Origin: a virus
Strand: one strand, 5' to 3'
DNA length: 64,000 nt
Virus record (IMG/VR): IMGVR_UViG_3300042558_005120
Span: 45,207 to 109,206 of that record
The position numbers and the translations under genes are program-made. Under the pieces are notes generated by a model. It worked only from the letters and a program-made list of their open reading frames with translations, made no database searches and was not told where the DNA came from. Shown here one piece after another: positions 16,961 through 27,206 of the stretch (its first letter is position 1; each line of letters opens with the position of its first letter).

Positions 16961-16962
16961 TT

Positions 16963-17568
16963 TTATAAGTATTTTTTTAATTCATTATAATATTTATGTA
17001 AAACAGGTGGCATCATTGAGTCAAATGTAGATTTATCATCAGCAGAAATTGCATTTCTAACTGCTGTTCCACTTGCGCCATCTTCATCTCTATTATTTAC
17101 TGACTTGACCATGAATTCCTCGGGTATGGAAATTCCATATTTTTCTTGAAACTGTTTAGCTCTCAGGATTTGCTTTTCATAATCAGATAAACGATCTGAA
17201 CCACACGCCATTCCAATGGGCTCGAAGCCGTCTCGCCTAATGAAATCTACCACGTTTGAAACAAAATTAGGATGCTCTCTGTCTGTCTTATAAATTATAA
17301 AATCAGCAATAAATGATCTATACTCCTTTGCGATATCTTTTCCTATTTTTGCTAAAAGCTGCTCTGGAAAAGGAGACTTACTGTTTTGTGAAAGTATTTG
17401 AACCGGAATAACCTTTGCGCCAAAAACTTCAGACGCTCTTTTGATTGAACCTAAGTGCCCATTGTGAAAAGGTTGAAATCTACCAGGGAAGTAAATTATC
17501 CTTTCTGAATTTGCTTCATATATTTGCGATTCGGCAAGAAATTCTAAAAATGAGTTAACGTATTTCAT
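16963..17568 (-). CDS. Leader-bearing HxGH nucleotidyltransferase (cytidylyltransferase/NMNAT superfamily)
   Basis: Leader MKYVNSFLEFLAE; GRFQPFHNGH, GSDR, SGTAVR. Confidence 0.85.
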   Translation of the reverse strand: MKYVNSFLEFLAESQIYEANSERIIYFPGRFQPFHNGHLGSIKRASEVFGAKVIPVQILSQNSKSPFPEQLLAKIGKDIAKEYRSFIADFIIYKTDREHPNFVSNVVDFIRRDGFEPIGMACGSDRLSDYEKQILRAKQFQEKYGISIPEEFMVKSVNNRDEDGASGTAVRNAISADDKSTFDSMMPPVLHKYYNELKKYL

Positions 17569-17577
17569 TTGAATTTT

Positions 17578-18492
17578 TTATTTAATATCCCAGTTTACTG
17601 GAGTATAGGCATTGATTTTTGCTAAAACATTATCAGCAATTTGCTCGGCCGCAATTGTTGGTTTGCCTGCTCTTTTTACATAAACGTAAAAAGACTCAGT
17701 TAGCATTACGGTTTTACCTTTTTTATGTCGAGACACAACTCCAATTTCGGCTGGAATAGTTTGTTGTTTTGTTACCACTTCAGTATCAACTCCGGCCTGG
17801 ACAAAAGTAAAGACAATATCGCCATTCATATATCTATTAATTTCTTCACCCATTGTAATAAGTTTTAGCATTGTTGCTGATGCACCTTCGTGGGTGCCAA
17901 ATAAAATATTACCCGGAACAACCCGAGAACGACTAAGGTTTTGTTGCTGTGCTACTGAAATATGATTAATAACCCATACAATATGAATGTGGTCCGGGTC
18001 ATATCCAAGTTCATTTGCAAATTGAGTAATCTCATTAAGTTTTTTGATGTTCTTTAAAGTAACATCAAAAATTAAATTAGGTTTTCGATCTGGAGCTGCT
18101 GCCAATACTGAAGCATACATTCTTTGCATCTTCTTTTCGTCTACGCCGTATTCATCACCAACCACTGCGTGTAACTGTGCAACATCTTCGGGTGTTTTGA
18201 GATTCATTTTTGTAATGTCTATTCCGGTTTCTGCTTTTGCTTTTGCCGCGAAATTCTTGCTTTTCATTGCGAGTGATTTCAGCTCATCAACATCAAACAC
18301 CCAGCCGTCAAGACCAATTAAATTATCTTTAATAAATCCTTTTCCGCTACCAGCACCACCTGCCATAATTACAATATTGCCAAACGGCTGATAAGGTTTG
18401 TTGTTGAAAACTATCAGTTTTTCTAATAGTTCATCTTTTGAATTGGATTCCCTAATAAATTCAGTAAGGGATTTTAAGTACTTTAAACCCAT
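17578..18492 (-). CDS. Leader-bearing P-loop kinase (AAA_33/zeta-toxin-like)
   Basis: Leader LKYLKSLTEFIRE; Walker A GGAGSGKG, DVD, LIFDVT, NLSRSRVVP. Confidence 0.8.
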   Translation of the reverse strand: MGLKYLKSLTEFIRESNSKDELLEKLIVFNNKPYQPFGNIVIMAGGAGSGKGFIKDNLIGLDGWVFDVDELKSLAMKSKNFAAKAKAETGIDITKMNLKTPEDVAQLHAVVGDEYGVDEKKMQRMYASVLAAAPDRKPNLIFDVTLKNIKKLNEITQFANELGYDPDHIHIVWVINHISVAQQQNLSRSRVVPGNILFGTHEGASATMLKLITMGEEINRYMNGDIVFTFVQAGVDTEVVTKQQTIPAEIGVVSRHKKGKTVMLTESFYVYVKRAGKPTIAAEQIADNVLAKINAYTPVNWDIK

Positions 18493-18506
18493 TTTAATAG
18501 TTTTTT

Positions 18507-19448
18507 TTATAAAGAAAGAAGCATATCAACAACCTCTTGTTGTGGAAACAAATCAACTTTTCCGGCTTGGACATTTGTATGTAACCATACGCCTGGGGTT
18601 TTATTACATAGTGCAACATCTACTTTGTCAAATGCGCTTATTCCATGTTTCTTGATTTGTTCAACAATACCTTTTCTTGGATCAATACCGTCACGGTTAG
18701 CAACCCAAAGAATCCAATCCTTTAGGACGGCAATCTGTTTGTCAGAATATCTGTGCCAATGTTTGAATCCTCTAAATGCCTGTGCTAATTCAACAATTTG
18801 TGATGGATGCGCTTCGGTTCCAACATAAGTATAATACGAATTTGGTTTTAGTGCAGTCCAAATATATTTTTTCTGAGCTGCATCGTATCTTTGATATCCA
18901 CCTTTTGTTAATTGTCCAAAATTACACACCTCAATACCCACACTTTCTCGGTGCATAGCATCGTTGCCCGTACCTAAGTGCCATCCGTATCCACCTTGTG
19001 GGAACACCTGAATTAGTTCGCCGTCGTGCTTAGTATTATTTCCAAGAATACTTTGTCCGCCTAAAACAAATTCAGTGGCAACAGCACCTCGATTATCATA
19101 GCCCCAAGTGGAAACCGCGCCGTTTGGATCGTGCCATCCTGCGGTGTGATGTAGAAATATCCAACGTTTATTTACAGGTCCTGGGAAAAATTCGCCTTTC
19201 GGTAAATAATTTTTTGCAAATGTTAAACCTGTGCTTGGTTCAGTAGTTTCGCTAATATCGGTTGTTGCGATTCCCATTGCAGCCCAAGTTTTTGGACCAA
19301 CAATCCCATCATCTACTAAACCATTTGCCTTTTGCCATGCTTTAACAGCGGCTTCTGTTTTTGGACCGAAATCACCATCAGCAGAAATCTTTAAAAACTG
19401 CTGAAGCAAAACAACTGATGCTCCAGTTGAACCTTTTTTCAAAATCAT
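18507..19448 (-). CDS. Endolysin: peptidoglycan-binding domain plus Amidase_2 N-acetylmuramoyl-L-alanine amidase
   Basis: LKKGSTG...DGDFGPKTEAAVKAWQ...DGIVGPKTW; IFLHHTAG, SVGIEVCN, HTNV...K.D..P. Confidence 0.9.
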   Translation of the reverse strand: MILKKGSTGASVVLLQQFLKISADGDFGPKTEAAVKAWQKANGLVDDGIVGPKTWAAMGIATTDISETTEPSTGLTFAKNYLPKGEFFPGPVNKRWIFLHHTAGWHDPNGAVSTWGYDNRGAVATEFVLGGQSILGNNTKHDGELIQVFPQGGYGWHLGTGNDAMHRESVGIEVCNFGQLTKGGYQRYDAAQKKYIWTALKPNSYYTYVGTEAHPSQIVELAQAFRGFKHWHRYSDKQIAVLKDWILWVANRDGIDPRKGIVEQIKKHGISAFDKVDVALCNKTPGVWLHTNVQAGKVDLFPQQEVVDMLLSL

Positions 19449-19487
19449 ATTTTAAAAGTAATTATTTTTCGAAGTATATAATTATTT

Positions 19488-20792
19488 TTATTTACTATAT
19501 ACGAGCATTCCTCTGAGTTGGTTAATGGGTGCAAATATCCCAGTATATTTATACTGCTTTCCTTTCCATACAAATGTAATACCTTCACTTGGTACAATTG
19601 AATCCAAACCGCCAACAGCAGCAATTCTTTCCAATTCTCTATTTAGTTTTTCGATTTTTACAGTATCATTACTTGCTTGGATTTGTTTAATTGCATTTTC
19701 AATTTCTTGGCGCATTGTTAAAGTTGCCTCGGTTGGATTTGCTGCTAAGAACGTATTGATATTTTTTAAAAACGTTGTTCCTACTTCTAAAAACAAATAT
19801 TCAACGGGTTTGATAATTTCCTTTTTTAATTTTGCCCCTTCTGTTTTTTCTAATTCGATATACCAATCTGCTGCGGTACCAAGATCTTTTTTGATGTTTG
19901 GTACTTTATAACTTTTGTCATCGAAATAAAGTCTTTTAACTAAAAGGTCAACAAAATCCGGTAAAATTGTATGCCCAGCATCTTTAATCATTTTGCTGAG
20001 TTGCATTTTACCCATTGCTGCAACATAGTCGCCAAGAGTTGAATCCCATTTTATTCCGGCATTCTGAACAAGTTCATTTATTTTTCCAATAAATTTTTTC
20101 TCTAACTCACCAGCATTTGGTAATGGAATTGACTCTATATTTTTAGGGCCACGGACATAGAATGTTGATTGGACATCTGCGTTTGCGGCTTTAATAAGAT
20201 TCCCTAATATATTTCCGGCTTCTTTGTCATTATCAATTGGCTCTCCAGCTTGATTGTAAGTTAGTATACCATGAAAAACTAACATATCCTGTCCATAAGG
20301 AATTACGTTTTGTGTTCTGGGCGTAATTACTTCAACTGAACCAAATTTTTCTCCATTATTAAATAATAGAATTTTGTCTTCATCTCTTAGTTTGCTAATT
20401 GCGCCCGAAAGATCTTCCATTGCTGTTCTAAACGCAACTTCAATTTCACCTCGACCTTTAAACATTTCGACTATACCATTGATGTCTAAAGCTTTTTCTC
20501 CAAAATTTTTCAAATGCCCTTTATTTCTCGCTCCAATCAACTCCCCATCCTTCCAAGAGAACATTAAATTTTGCCCATCTGTTTTTTCCGTAATAAAATT
20601 TTCTGGAGTAAAAAGACCATGGACGGTTGCAAGTATCATTTCCTTGAAATCTTCCATGGTCAATTCCATATCCTCAAAAGGATGATTGAGGTGCCCGTAG
20701 GCACCTCCTTCATTAAGTACGGATTCAAATATCCAAGAAGTATTGAATTGTAACTTCTCGTTAAGAAATTGTGTATATGATAGTAATGCCAT
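19488..20792 (-). CDS. Leader-bearing ligase-like (KxDG) nucleotidyltransferase-fold protein
   Basis: Leader MALLSYTQFLNE; GGAYGHLNHPFE, TEKTDGQN, SEGITF, YKYTG. Confidence 0.6.
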   Translation of the reverse strand: MALLSYTQFLNEKLQFNTSWIFESVLNEGGAYGHLNHPFEDMELTMEDFKEMILATVHGLFTPENFITEKTDGQNLMFSWKDGELIGARNKGHLKNFGEKALDINGIVEMFKGRGEIEVAFRTAMEDLSGAISKLRDEDKILLFNNGEKFGSVEVITPRTQNVIPYGQDMLVFHGILTYNQAGEPIDNDKEAGNILGNLIKAANADVQSTFYVRGPKNIESIPLPNAGELEKKFIGKINELVQNAGIKWDSTLGDYVAAMGKMQLSKMIKDAGHTILPDFVDLLVKRLYFDDKSYKVPNIKKDLGTAADWYIELEKTEGAKLKKEIIKPVEYLFLEVGTTFLKNINTFLAANPTEATLTMRQEIENAIKQIQASNDTVKIEKLNRELERIAAVGGLDSIVPSEGITFVWKGKQYKYTGIFAPINQLRGMLVYSK

Positions 20793-20798
20793 TATTTA

Positions 20799-21809
20799 TT
20801 ATCCTTTATTTAACCTACCAATTGCAGAACCCCAATCGCCTGATTTCTCAGCATCCTTTGCAAGGCCGTCAATTACTTTATTAGCAATTTCTTCATCGAA
20901 ATTATCCGGGTGTTGTTTCTTTAGGATTTTCATTGCATATTCACGGAAATCTTCTTTGTTTTCGATTGTTCCTTTGCCTGCACGGTCCTGAGCTTTTTTC
21001 GCATCTTTGATAGCACCCTTTGATTCAGCTTCAGCATCCTTTGCCTTTTGTTCAGCATCTTTTGCCGCAGTTTCCGCCTTTTTGACTTTTGATTCTAATT
21101 CTTTAGTTTCGTCTTTAATCATTTTTTTGATGTCTGCTTTGTTGATTTCAGCTTCGCTAACTTCGTTTTGGAAAACTGGGTAAACCTTTCCGTTAAATTC
21201 GAATTCATCTAATCCTTCTTCGATTGCTTTTGCTCTTGCAGCCATCCAAGCGTTACCTTCGTTTAAAACAGTAAACTTAGTTCTATATTTTAGAAACGAC
21301 ATTATTTCACCGTATGATGTAGATTCTGGGTGTGAAGGTTTTCCAGTAGAATCTATGGTTCCTTTTTTCGTGTCAACGGTAATTGTAAAGCTTCCAGATT
21401 TAGGTTTAATCGTTAAGATATCCCCGGTCACATTAACAGCCATATATTTACCTTTCAAAAATGTAGCAAAATGACTTTGATTTTTATTTAAAAAGTCTTT
21501 AAGTTCATCAGGATGAGTCATTAAAATTTCTTCATTTAGATATAAATTATAATTGAAATTTCCTTCGGAGACACCAAATTCTTTTACATCCTTTTTACCG
21601 GACTCGCTTGCACCTTGGCCTTTCTCCCAGTCTTTGGTAATTTCGCTAAAGAATTCTGATTTTTTGTCAGCTGACAAATCAGCAGGAGATTCAACTCCAT
21701 ATTTTTTCAGTTTTGCAGAAAAGTATTCTTGATAGCTTTGTTGCAATTTTGATAGTTCACGCTTTTCAGCTTCGCGGACAGCATCTGCCCATTCTGAGAT
21801 TTTTTTCAT
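20799..21809 (-). CDS. Charged modular protein, putative prohead core/internal protein
   Basis: E/K-rich with a coiled coil and several hydrophobic-x-E sites (VRE, VSE, LNE, LNE, VSE). Confidence 0.5.
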   Translation of the reverse strand: MKKISEWADAVREAEKRELSKLQQSYQEYFSAKLKKYGVESPADLSADKKSEFFSEITKDWEKGQGASESGKKDVKEFGVSEGNFNYNLYLNEEILMTHPDELKDFLNKNQSHFATFLKGKYMAVNVTGDILTIKPKSGSFTITVDTKKGTIDSTGKPSHPESTSYGEIMSFLKYRTKFTVLNEGNAWMAARAKAIEEGLDEFEFNGKVYPVFQNEVSEAEINKADIKKMIKDETKELESKVKKAETAAKDAEQKAKDAEAESKGAIKDAKKAQDRAGKGTIENKEDFREYAMKILKKQHPDNFDEEIANKVIDGLAKDAEKSGDWGSAIGRLNKG

Positions 21810-21829
21810 TTTTTATTGATTTTTATTTT

Positions 21830-22207
21830 TTACATTTTCATACCATATTGGTTAAATCCGCCAAAATGGCCATTTACCATATCACTAACTTTTTTATTAA
21901 CGGCTTTTACTTTACGTTCAGATGCTTTTGCGAGACGTTCAATAATATCACTGTCAATTCGCATTCTTTTGTCCAAACAGTAAACAATAGTAGAAACGCA
22001 TTTGTTAACAGTATCAATTTTATCGTCCCCCATTCCTTTCATAAACTCATCGTATAGACTTCTTCTAAGCGGCTCAAGGGTTTCATCGGAAAAGTTAACT
22101 GAAACTTTAATATCTGAGATGTTATCTGTCTTCATAATACTTCCGGCGTTTGTTAATCCTTTTTTGCCTTCAATTAGAAAATCAGTATATGTCATAATCC
22201 ATCTCAT
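21830..22207 (-). CDS. Leader-bearing hypothetical protein
   Basis: Leader MRWIMTYTDFLIE. Confidence 0.65.
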   Translation of the reverse strand: MRWIMTYTDFLIEGKKGLTNAGSIMKTDNISDIKVSVNFSDETLEPLRRSLYDEFMKGMGDDKIDTVNKCVSTIVYCLDKRMRIDSDIIERLAKASERKVKAVNKKVSDMVNGHFGGFNQYGMKM

Positions 22208-22227
22208 TCAATATATATTCTTTTTTA

Positions 22228-23754
22228 TTAAGTAATATTTACATTATATATCTTATATGGAAAGCCTTGTTCTTGATAAACTTTAATTCTTTCATCGCTA
22301 TGGCGAATTAAATAGTTTTTGTTTTTCCATTTTTCACCTGTTGAGAAATCATCAACAAAGTCAATAATGTTAACTTTCTCTTTGCCTTCAAAAAGGCGAA
22401 GTCCGCGGCCTATTGATTGACGGATGATTTTTTCACTTTTGTATGACTCAACAAAAAAGATATTATAAATGTTATTAATTGAAATACCAGTTGAAAAGGT
22501 ATTAAAACTTGCCACGAGAATTTTGTTCTCGCCAACCTTCATATTTTCAATATAGTCATCTCGCAGATTAATTGAAGTACCACCATCAACATAGTATACA
22601 TTCTTATCAGTAGTTGATTCTCTAAGATAATCGTAAATCCTGCGGCCATAAGAGTCTTTAACATTTTGAAAAAGAACTAATGTGTTTTTTGTTGTTTTTG
22701 CAATAAAGTCACAAACAAATTTAAATCGAGCTTGGTTTTCAACTACCAATCGCTTTTCAATTTCCAACATTTTTGTGCCGTCGACTTCTTCTTTTCTGCT
22801 TCGTAAGTCCTCGAGTTTCATTCGCATCTCATCGTTTAAGTATTGCATTTTGACAACTTTAATAGCGACCGGAGTTGCGTACTTGTTTTCAATCAAAAAA
22901 GACGCCGGGATATTATTAACGAGAGGACCCAGATAAGCTTGAATTGTTAATGCCTCGGTTGAACCATTTTGTAAAAGTGTTCCACTAAGACCAAATGTAT
23001 ATCGAGCATTTTTACATTTCGATAAGATGTCTTTAATGCTCTTTGCTTGTGTATGGTGTGCTTCGTCAACGCAGACACTGTTGATGGATTCGTAAAATTC
23101 AGTATCTAATTTAATGAGTGATTGATATGTTCCAATAATGAAATTTGGATTTTTTACTTTACGGTCACTTCCGCCGTATATCATTTGCCGAACAAAATCA
23201 ATTTTATCTTGGTTGTAAAATTCAAAGTCTTCAATAGTTTGAAGAACCAAGTTTGTGTTTGGAACAATCATTAGGAATTTCTCAATGAGTCCTTTTGTGT
23301 AAAGATACCCAAAGATCATAAATATAATTAAAGTCTTTCCCGCTGATGTTGCAATCTCACTAATACTTTTTCGGTATTTAATAATTGGAATGCAAGCATC
23401 TATCTGATAGACCCTGGGAACCAATTTTGGATGGTCACTGAAAAATTCTGCAACCCAAGTTCGAAAATCTTCTTCATCAAATTCATAGTCAATGATTTTA
23501 TCAAGACCACTGAACTCAATTTGAAATTTATATTTTTCACAAAGTTGAGTGAGTTCACTCCAAAGACCAACGGGTAGTCGGTTAGTCTTATCAATAAATG
23601 AGATGTAGCCATCCCATAATCCTTTTTTTACTAATGGATGGAATCTCCAATTGCTAATTCTTTTATTAAATGAATGTCGGATTTGTTCGAGCTCTTCATT
23701 CGTAAAATCTATGAGTTGTAAGAAATTTAAACCTTTAACTTCAGCAGTAACCAC
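22228..23754 (-). CDS. uvsW: UvsW-like SF2 DNA helicase
   Basis: WDGYI, ATSAGKT, DEAH, GLSGT, STGISI, QSIGRGLR. Probable GTG start at 23754, just after the upstream stop. Confidence 0.9.
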   Translation of the reverse strand: MVTAEVKGLNFLQLIDFTNEELEQIRHSFNKRISNWRFHPLVKKGLWDGYISFIDKTNRLPVGLWSELTQLCEKYKFQIEFSGLDKIIDYEFDEEDFRTWVAEFFSDHPKLVPRVYQIDACIPIIKYRKSISEIATSAGKTLIIFMIFGYLYTKGLIEKFLMIVPNTNLVLQTIEDFEFYNQDKIDFVRQMIYGGSDRKVKNPNFIIGTYQSLIKLDTEFYESINSVCVDEAHHTQAKSIKDILSKCKNARYTFGLSGTLLQNGSTEALTIQAYLGPLVNNIPASFLIENKYATPVAIKVVKMQYLNDEMRMKLEDLRSRKEEVDGTKMLEIEKRLVVENQARFKFVCDFIAKTTKNTLVLFQNVKDSYGRRIYDYLRESTTDKNVYYVDGGTSINLRDDYIENMKVGENKILVASFNTFSTGISINNIYNIFFVESYKSEKIIRQSIGRGLRLFEGKEKVNIIDFVDDFSTGEKWKNKNYLIRHSDERIKVYQEQGFPYKIYNVNIT

Positions 23755-23755
23755 G

Positions 23756-24529
23756 TTATGGACTTTTGTAATATTTAGAAATGATAGACATTGGGTCCCA
23801 ACCTCTATGAAAGTCTGTAACCCAATGTATATATTCACTTCTTTTTTCGACCAACTCTTCTCCACTTAAAACGTGCTCGTCAATCCCATCTTTTGAACTA
23901 ATCCAAATTTCAATTCGGTCAATTGGTTTTCCATATAATTCTTCAAATGCAATACTATATGCTGCGCCTTGTAGAAAATATTTGTTTACCGTTTCACTAT
24001 CTCTTTTTGAACTTGCTGATTTGAAATCCGCGATAATCCAATTGTCCGATTGGTCAACAAATGCAAAATCCAATGTCCCAGAATATTTGTATTTTAATGA
24101 CCAAATAAATTTTTCCGTAAAAAGAACTTGTTTTACTCGATCCAAATAACCTTCATAATAGTAATTATAAAAAAGGTCTCGACCGACTTGAATTGCAGTA
24201 TCATTGAACACTTCTCGGTCCAGGTCTTTAATTGTTTTCTTTTGTGTATAAAGTAAACACTGTTCACCACTACCACCATTCCGCATACAGATAAAATAGT
24301 TCTCTAAGTAATTGTGCATTACCGAACCTCTTCTTGCTGCCTTTTTACTTATTTCATCCAATACTTCCTTTCCAAGTGCAGCTTCAATTTCCTCAAGGCG
24401 GCCAGACTTTATCCCTTTTAATACAGTTGTAACCGAAGGAAAAAGTAAAATGGACCCATCGGAAGCAATGGGTCCAGTTGTTGGGTAGTAGTACCTACCT
24501 TCAGGCGTATCGAGTCTAATTAATTGCAT
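23756..24529 (-). CDS. PD-(D/E)XK exonuclease (Cas4-like phage exonuclease)
   Basis: GRYY, PSVTTVL, RGSVMH, E...GTLD...IADFKS, Q..AY. Confidence 0.85.
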   Translation of the reverse strand: MQLIRLDTPEGRYYYPTTGPIASDGSILLFPSVTTVLKGIKSGRLEEIEAALGKEVLDEISKKAARRGSVMHNYLENYFICMRNGGSGEQCLLYTQKKTIKDLDREVFNDTAIQVGRDLFYNYYYEGYLDRVKQVLFTEKFIWSLKYKYSGTLDFAFVDQSDNWIIADFKSASSKRDSETVNKYFLQGAAYSIAFEELYGKPIDRIEIWISSKDGIDEHVLSGEELVEKRSEYIHWVTDFHRGWDPMSIISKYYKSP

Positions 24530-24987
24530 TAGTTTCTTCTATATTCTTCGAGTGAAATTCTGTGTTTAATCGCAAAGACAATATTATCAATAGTTTTAAT
24601 TGTGTCTCGCATATAATCGAAATGGTTTTGGACCACATCTTTTTTTTCTATGATATTTGAGATATCATTATTGATATAGCTTTCCTTGCTGTCTTTATCT
24701 AAGCGGACATCAAAATTATAAGTATAATATACATATCGCTCATGCCGCTTTTCTCTAACAATTTTATTGAGTTTGATTAAATGTTCCATTAACGTATGTG
24801 AGTACTCTAAAGCAATTTGTCTTTGTGAATAGACATCGGTCATTAGTTCACCAATTTGAGAAATATGTTTTAATTGATCTGAGAATTCTTGGATTTTATT
24901 AACCCAATCACGTCTTTCTTGTTCGAATCTTTTAGAAAGCGCATTCTCAGAAGAGTTTTGACTTTGATTTTCGACTTGTTGCGACAT
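24529..24987 (-). CDS. UvsY-like recombination mediator
   Basis: 152-aa helical protein ending IKTIDNIVFAIKHRI, located near uvsW. Confidence 0.55.
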   Translation of the reverse strand: MSQQVENQSQNSSENALSKRFEQERRDWVNKIQEFSDQLKHISQIGELMTDVYSQRQIALEYSHTLMEHLIKLNKIVREKRHERYVYYTYNFDVRLDKDSKESYINNDISNIIEKKDVVQNHFDYMRDTIKTIDNIVFAIKHRISLEEYRRN

Positions 24988-25141
24988 AACTTATAACGTT
25001 GATTTTATCTTTAATAGGTTCTTTTGCTTCAAAAAATATTTCAGGTTTTTTCAGGTCAGACTCAACTTTAAAATTTGCCAAGCCTTTAATTTTTTCGACA
25101 TCAATCAAACCTAAAAATTCATAGTCAATGTCAAAGTTCAT
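24947..25141 (-). CDS. Small hypothetical protein
   Basis: MNFDIDYEF... fills the gap between primase and the UvsY-like gene; start uncertain. Confidence 0.45.
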   Translation of the reverse strand: MNFDIDYEFLGLIDVEKIKGLANFKVESDLKKPEIFFEAKEPIKDKINVISYVATSRKSKSKLF

Positions 25142-26237
25142 AAACATCAAATTTATTTTTTGAAAAGTAATCTGCAAGTTTTGGTAATTTAAATCCTTTT
25201 CTTTTTGCCAAAACTAACAAATTAGTTAAGTCCATTTTCTTATTAGTATATATGCCTAAATCAGTCAAAAGTTTTTTCCACAAGAAAACCGGATAACCAT
25301 TATTTGCTTTGTCAATTGCTGCTTTAATACCTGCGGTATCGTAGTCATACATATATCTAATGTTTCCAAATTTAAATGGAATATCAATATTTGCCGAACA
25401 AGTTCCTACACTGTTTCGCATTAAAAACGAATCTAAAGGGCCTTCAAATACGGTTATAGGTTTATCCATATCAATATCCAAAATGCCAAAGATGGTCGAT
25501 ATTTCGTTATTTTCGACCACATCAGGCGTTACTTCCAAGTTAAATGTTTCATATAACTTAATTAAATCATAAGTCATATATTTTGGTTTAAACTTGAAAT
25601 TTCTAATTTGATAACCAATAACAAAATTTGTGTTAGGCACTAGATTAAATATATATAATTGCTGTTTGACCGGGTCCCAAGAAAAACGCTCTAAATTAGG
25701 CTGTCTTCTTTTAATTAAATATGTAGATATATCCGATTTATCAATTCTGATTAAATTGAATTTTTCCTCAATTGTTTCTCTGGGTATTGCAATTTTAGCA
25801 AGTTCTTCTTGGTTCCATAAAAATGAAATATTTAATGAATCATTTCTTTTAACATTTCTTTTTTCTAAAGATTTTGCTAATGTAATTTCGTCAAGTGACA
25901 ACTCAATATTGAATGACTTTAAAAAGCTATCAACACTTGCATATTTTCCACAGTTATAACATTTATAATAAAGAGATTCTCCAGTATATAAGTTTCCGCG
26001 CTTTTTATAATTGTCAGTGTGTGAGTCCCCGCAATAAGGACAAGCAAAATTGTATCGTCCTGGCTTAGAATCTATTTTGTGTTTTTCGTGCTGTGTAAAG
26101 CGGTTGCGTAATACCCTTTCTACTTTTCGAATTACGCTCAAAACAAATGACTCTTTATCTGCGGTTGACTTGTTTTCTGATAAAGAAAAAGAAAGACTTA
26201 CGGGTCTTTCTTTTTCAGGTAGATTAAAGTGAGTCAT
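25131..26237 (-). CDS. DNA primase (T4 gp61-like)
   Basis: Zn finger CPYCGDS...CYNC; TOPRIM FEGPLDS and YDYD. Start uncertain. Confidence 0.9.
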   Translation of the reverse strand: MTHFNLPEKERPVSLSFSLSENKSTADKESFVLSVIRKVERVLRNRFTQHEKHKIDSKPGRYNFACPYCGDSHTDNYKKRGNLYTGESLYYKCYNCGKYASVDSFLKSFNIELSLDEITLAKSLEKRNVKRNDSLNISFLWNQEELAKIAIPRETIEEKFNLIRIDKSDISTYLIKRRQPNLERFSWDPVKQQLYIFNLVPNTNFVIGYQIRNFKFKPKYMTYDLIKLYETFNLEVTPDVVENNEISTIFGILDIDMDKPITVFEGPLDSFLMRNSVGTCSANIDIPFKFGNIRYMYDYDTAGIKAAIDKANNGYPVFLWKKLLTDLGIYTNKKMDLTNLLVLAKRKGFKLPKLADYFSKNKFDVYEL

Positions 26238-27159
26238 ATAGCTCATCATCAAAATTAGATCCAAAGTCTTCATCAAAATTGAAATCATCTTCTTTTTTGC
26301 TGCTTGTTGCTGCGGTAGATGTTACAATTGGTTCGGGTTTAGATGTTTTTTTCTCTGATTGAGCTGTGTTTCCCTTTCCGGCTCGATTTGTATTTTCAAC
26401 TTCATTTTGAATTCTTCCACCAGGAACAACATTTGCAATAACTGCATTTACGAATGCTTCAGTTTCCGGGGTCCATTCTTGATAATCGTACATACTCAAA
26501 TCTGGAGATTCATTCAAATAGTTTTTGATTTTCTCCATATCGCCAGGTGTCTTTGACATTGTTTCTCCGTTAATTGTAATTGCAGTTCTTTCTTCAGCAA
26601 ATTTACAATTATCGTAGTTATTGTAACCTGCTACTTTTGTAACATGGACAATAAAAGGTTTGCTTTCAAACAAGTCAAATGGGTTATGTGGTTTTCCGTA
26701 TTCAGGTTTTAATTCAGCTTGAAGTTTGTTATAAACTTTTGAACCATAAGGCCAAGCCAAAATTTTACCAACGTTGTCTGGGTTATTATCGTCTTTAACG
26801 ATTTGAACAAGCGATGCATATTTTTCTCGGCGAGAGAAATTTTCTGAAATTTTTTGTTCGGCAACCGAATCGGATTTTTTAAACTTCCAAAAAAGATCTT
26901 GGATAATTGATTTTTTCCCAATTGAAGAAGGACAGTCAACAGATTTGCTGGTATTGTCTTCTGGGTTTGTCATCCAAGTGCTCCATTTTTTCATAATGGA
27001 TTTTTTTACATCCTTGTGCCAAGGTACAAATTTGACAACAGCTTTGTAAACTCCATCTTTACCAGAGTTTGCTTCGGGTTTGAAAGTTGAATACGTTTTT
27101 TTCTTGTCTTCTTTAAAGTCATCAAGTGAGAGATTAAAGATGTCATTAAGATCGTTCAT
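26224..27159 (-). CDS. Single-stranded DNA-binding protein (T4 gp32-like)
   Basis: VKFVP, DCP, VKD..NPDNVGKI, NPFDL, GYNNYD and an acidic C-terminal tail. Confidence 0.88.
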   Translation of the reverse strand: MNDLNDIFNLSLDDFKEDKKKTYSTFKPEANSGKDGVYKAVVKFVPWHKDVKKSIMKKWSTWMTNPEDNTSKSVDCPSSIGKKSIIQDLFWKFKKSDSVAEQKISENFSRREKYASLVQIVKDDNNPDNVGKILAWPYGSKVYNKLQAELKPEYGKPHNPFDLFESKPFIVHVTKVAGYNNYDNCKFAEERTAITINGETMSKTPGDMEKIKNYLNESPDLSMYDYQEWTPETEAFVNAVIANVVPGGRIQNEVENTNRAGKGNTAQSEKKTSKPEPIVTSTAATSSKKEDDFNFDEDFGSNFDDELYDSL

Positions 27160-27206
27160 AGTTTTTTAAGATTTTTTTAAGAATTGTTTAGAAATAAAAA
27201 TGTTAA

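Noticed and set aside
23756-24529. Cas4 as part of a CRISPR system
   Set aside because: No Fe-S cysteine cluster, array or other cas genes; the context is a T4-like recombination module.
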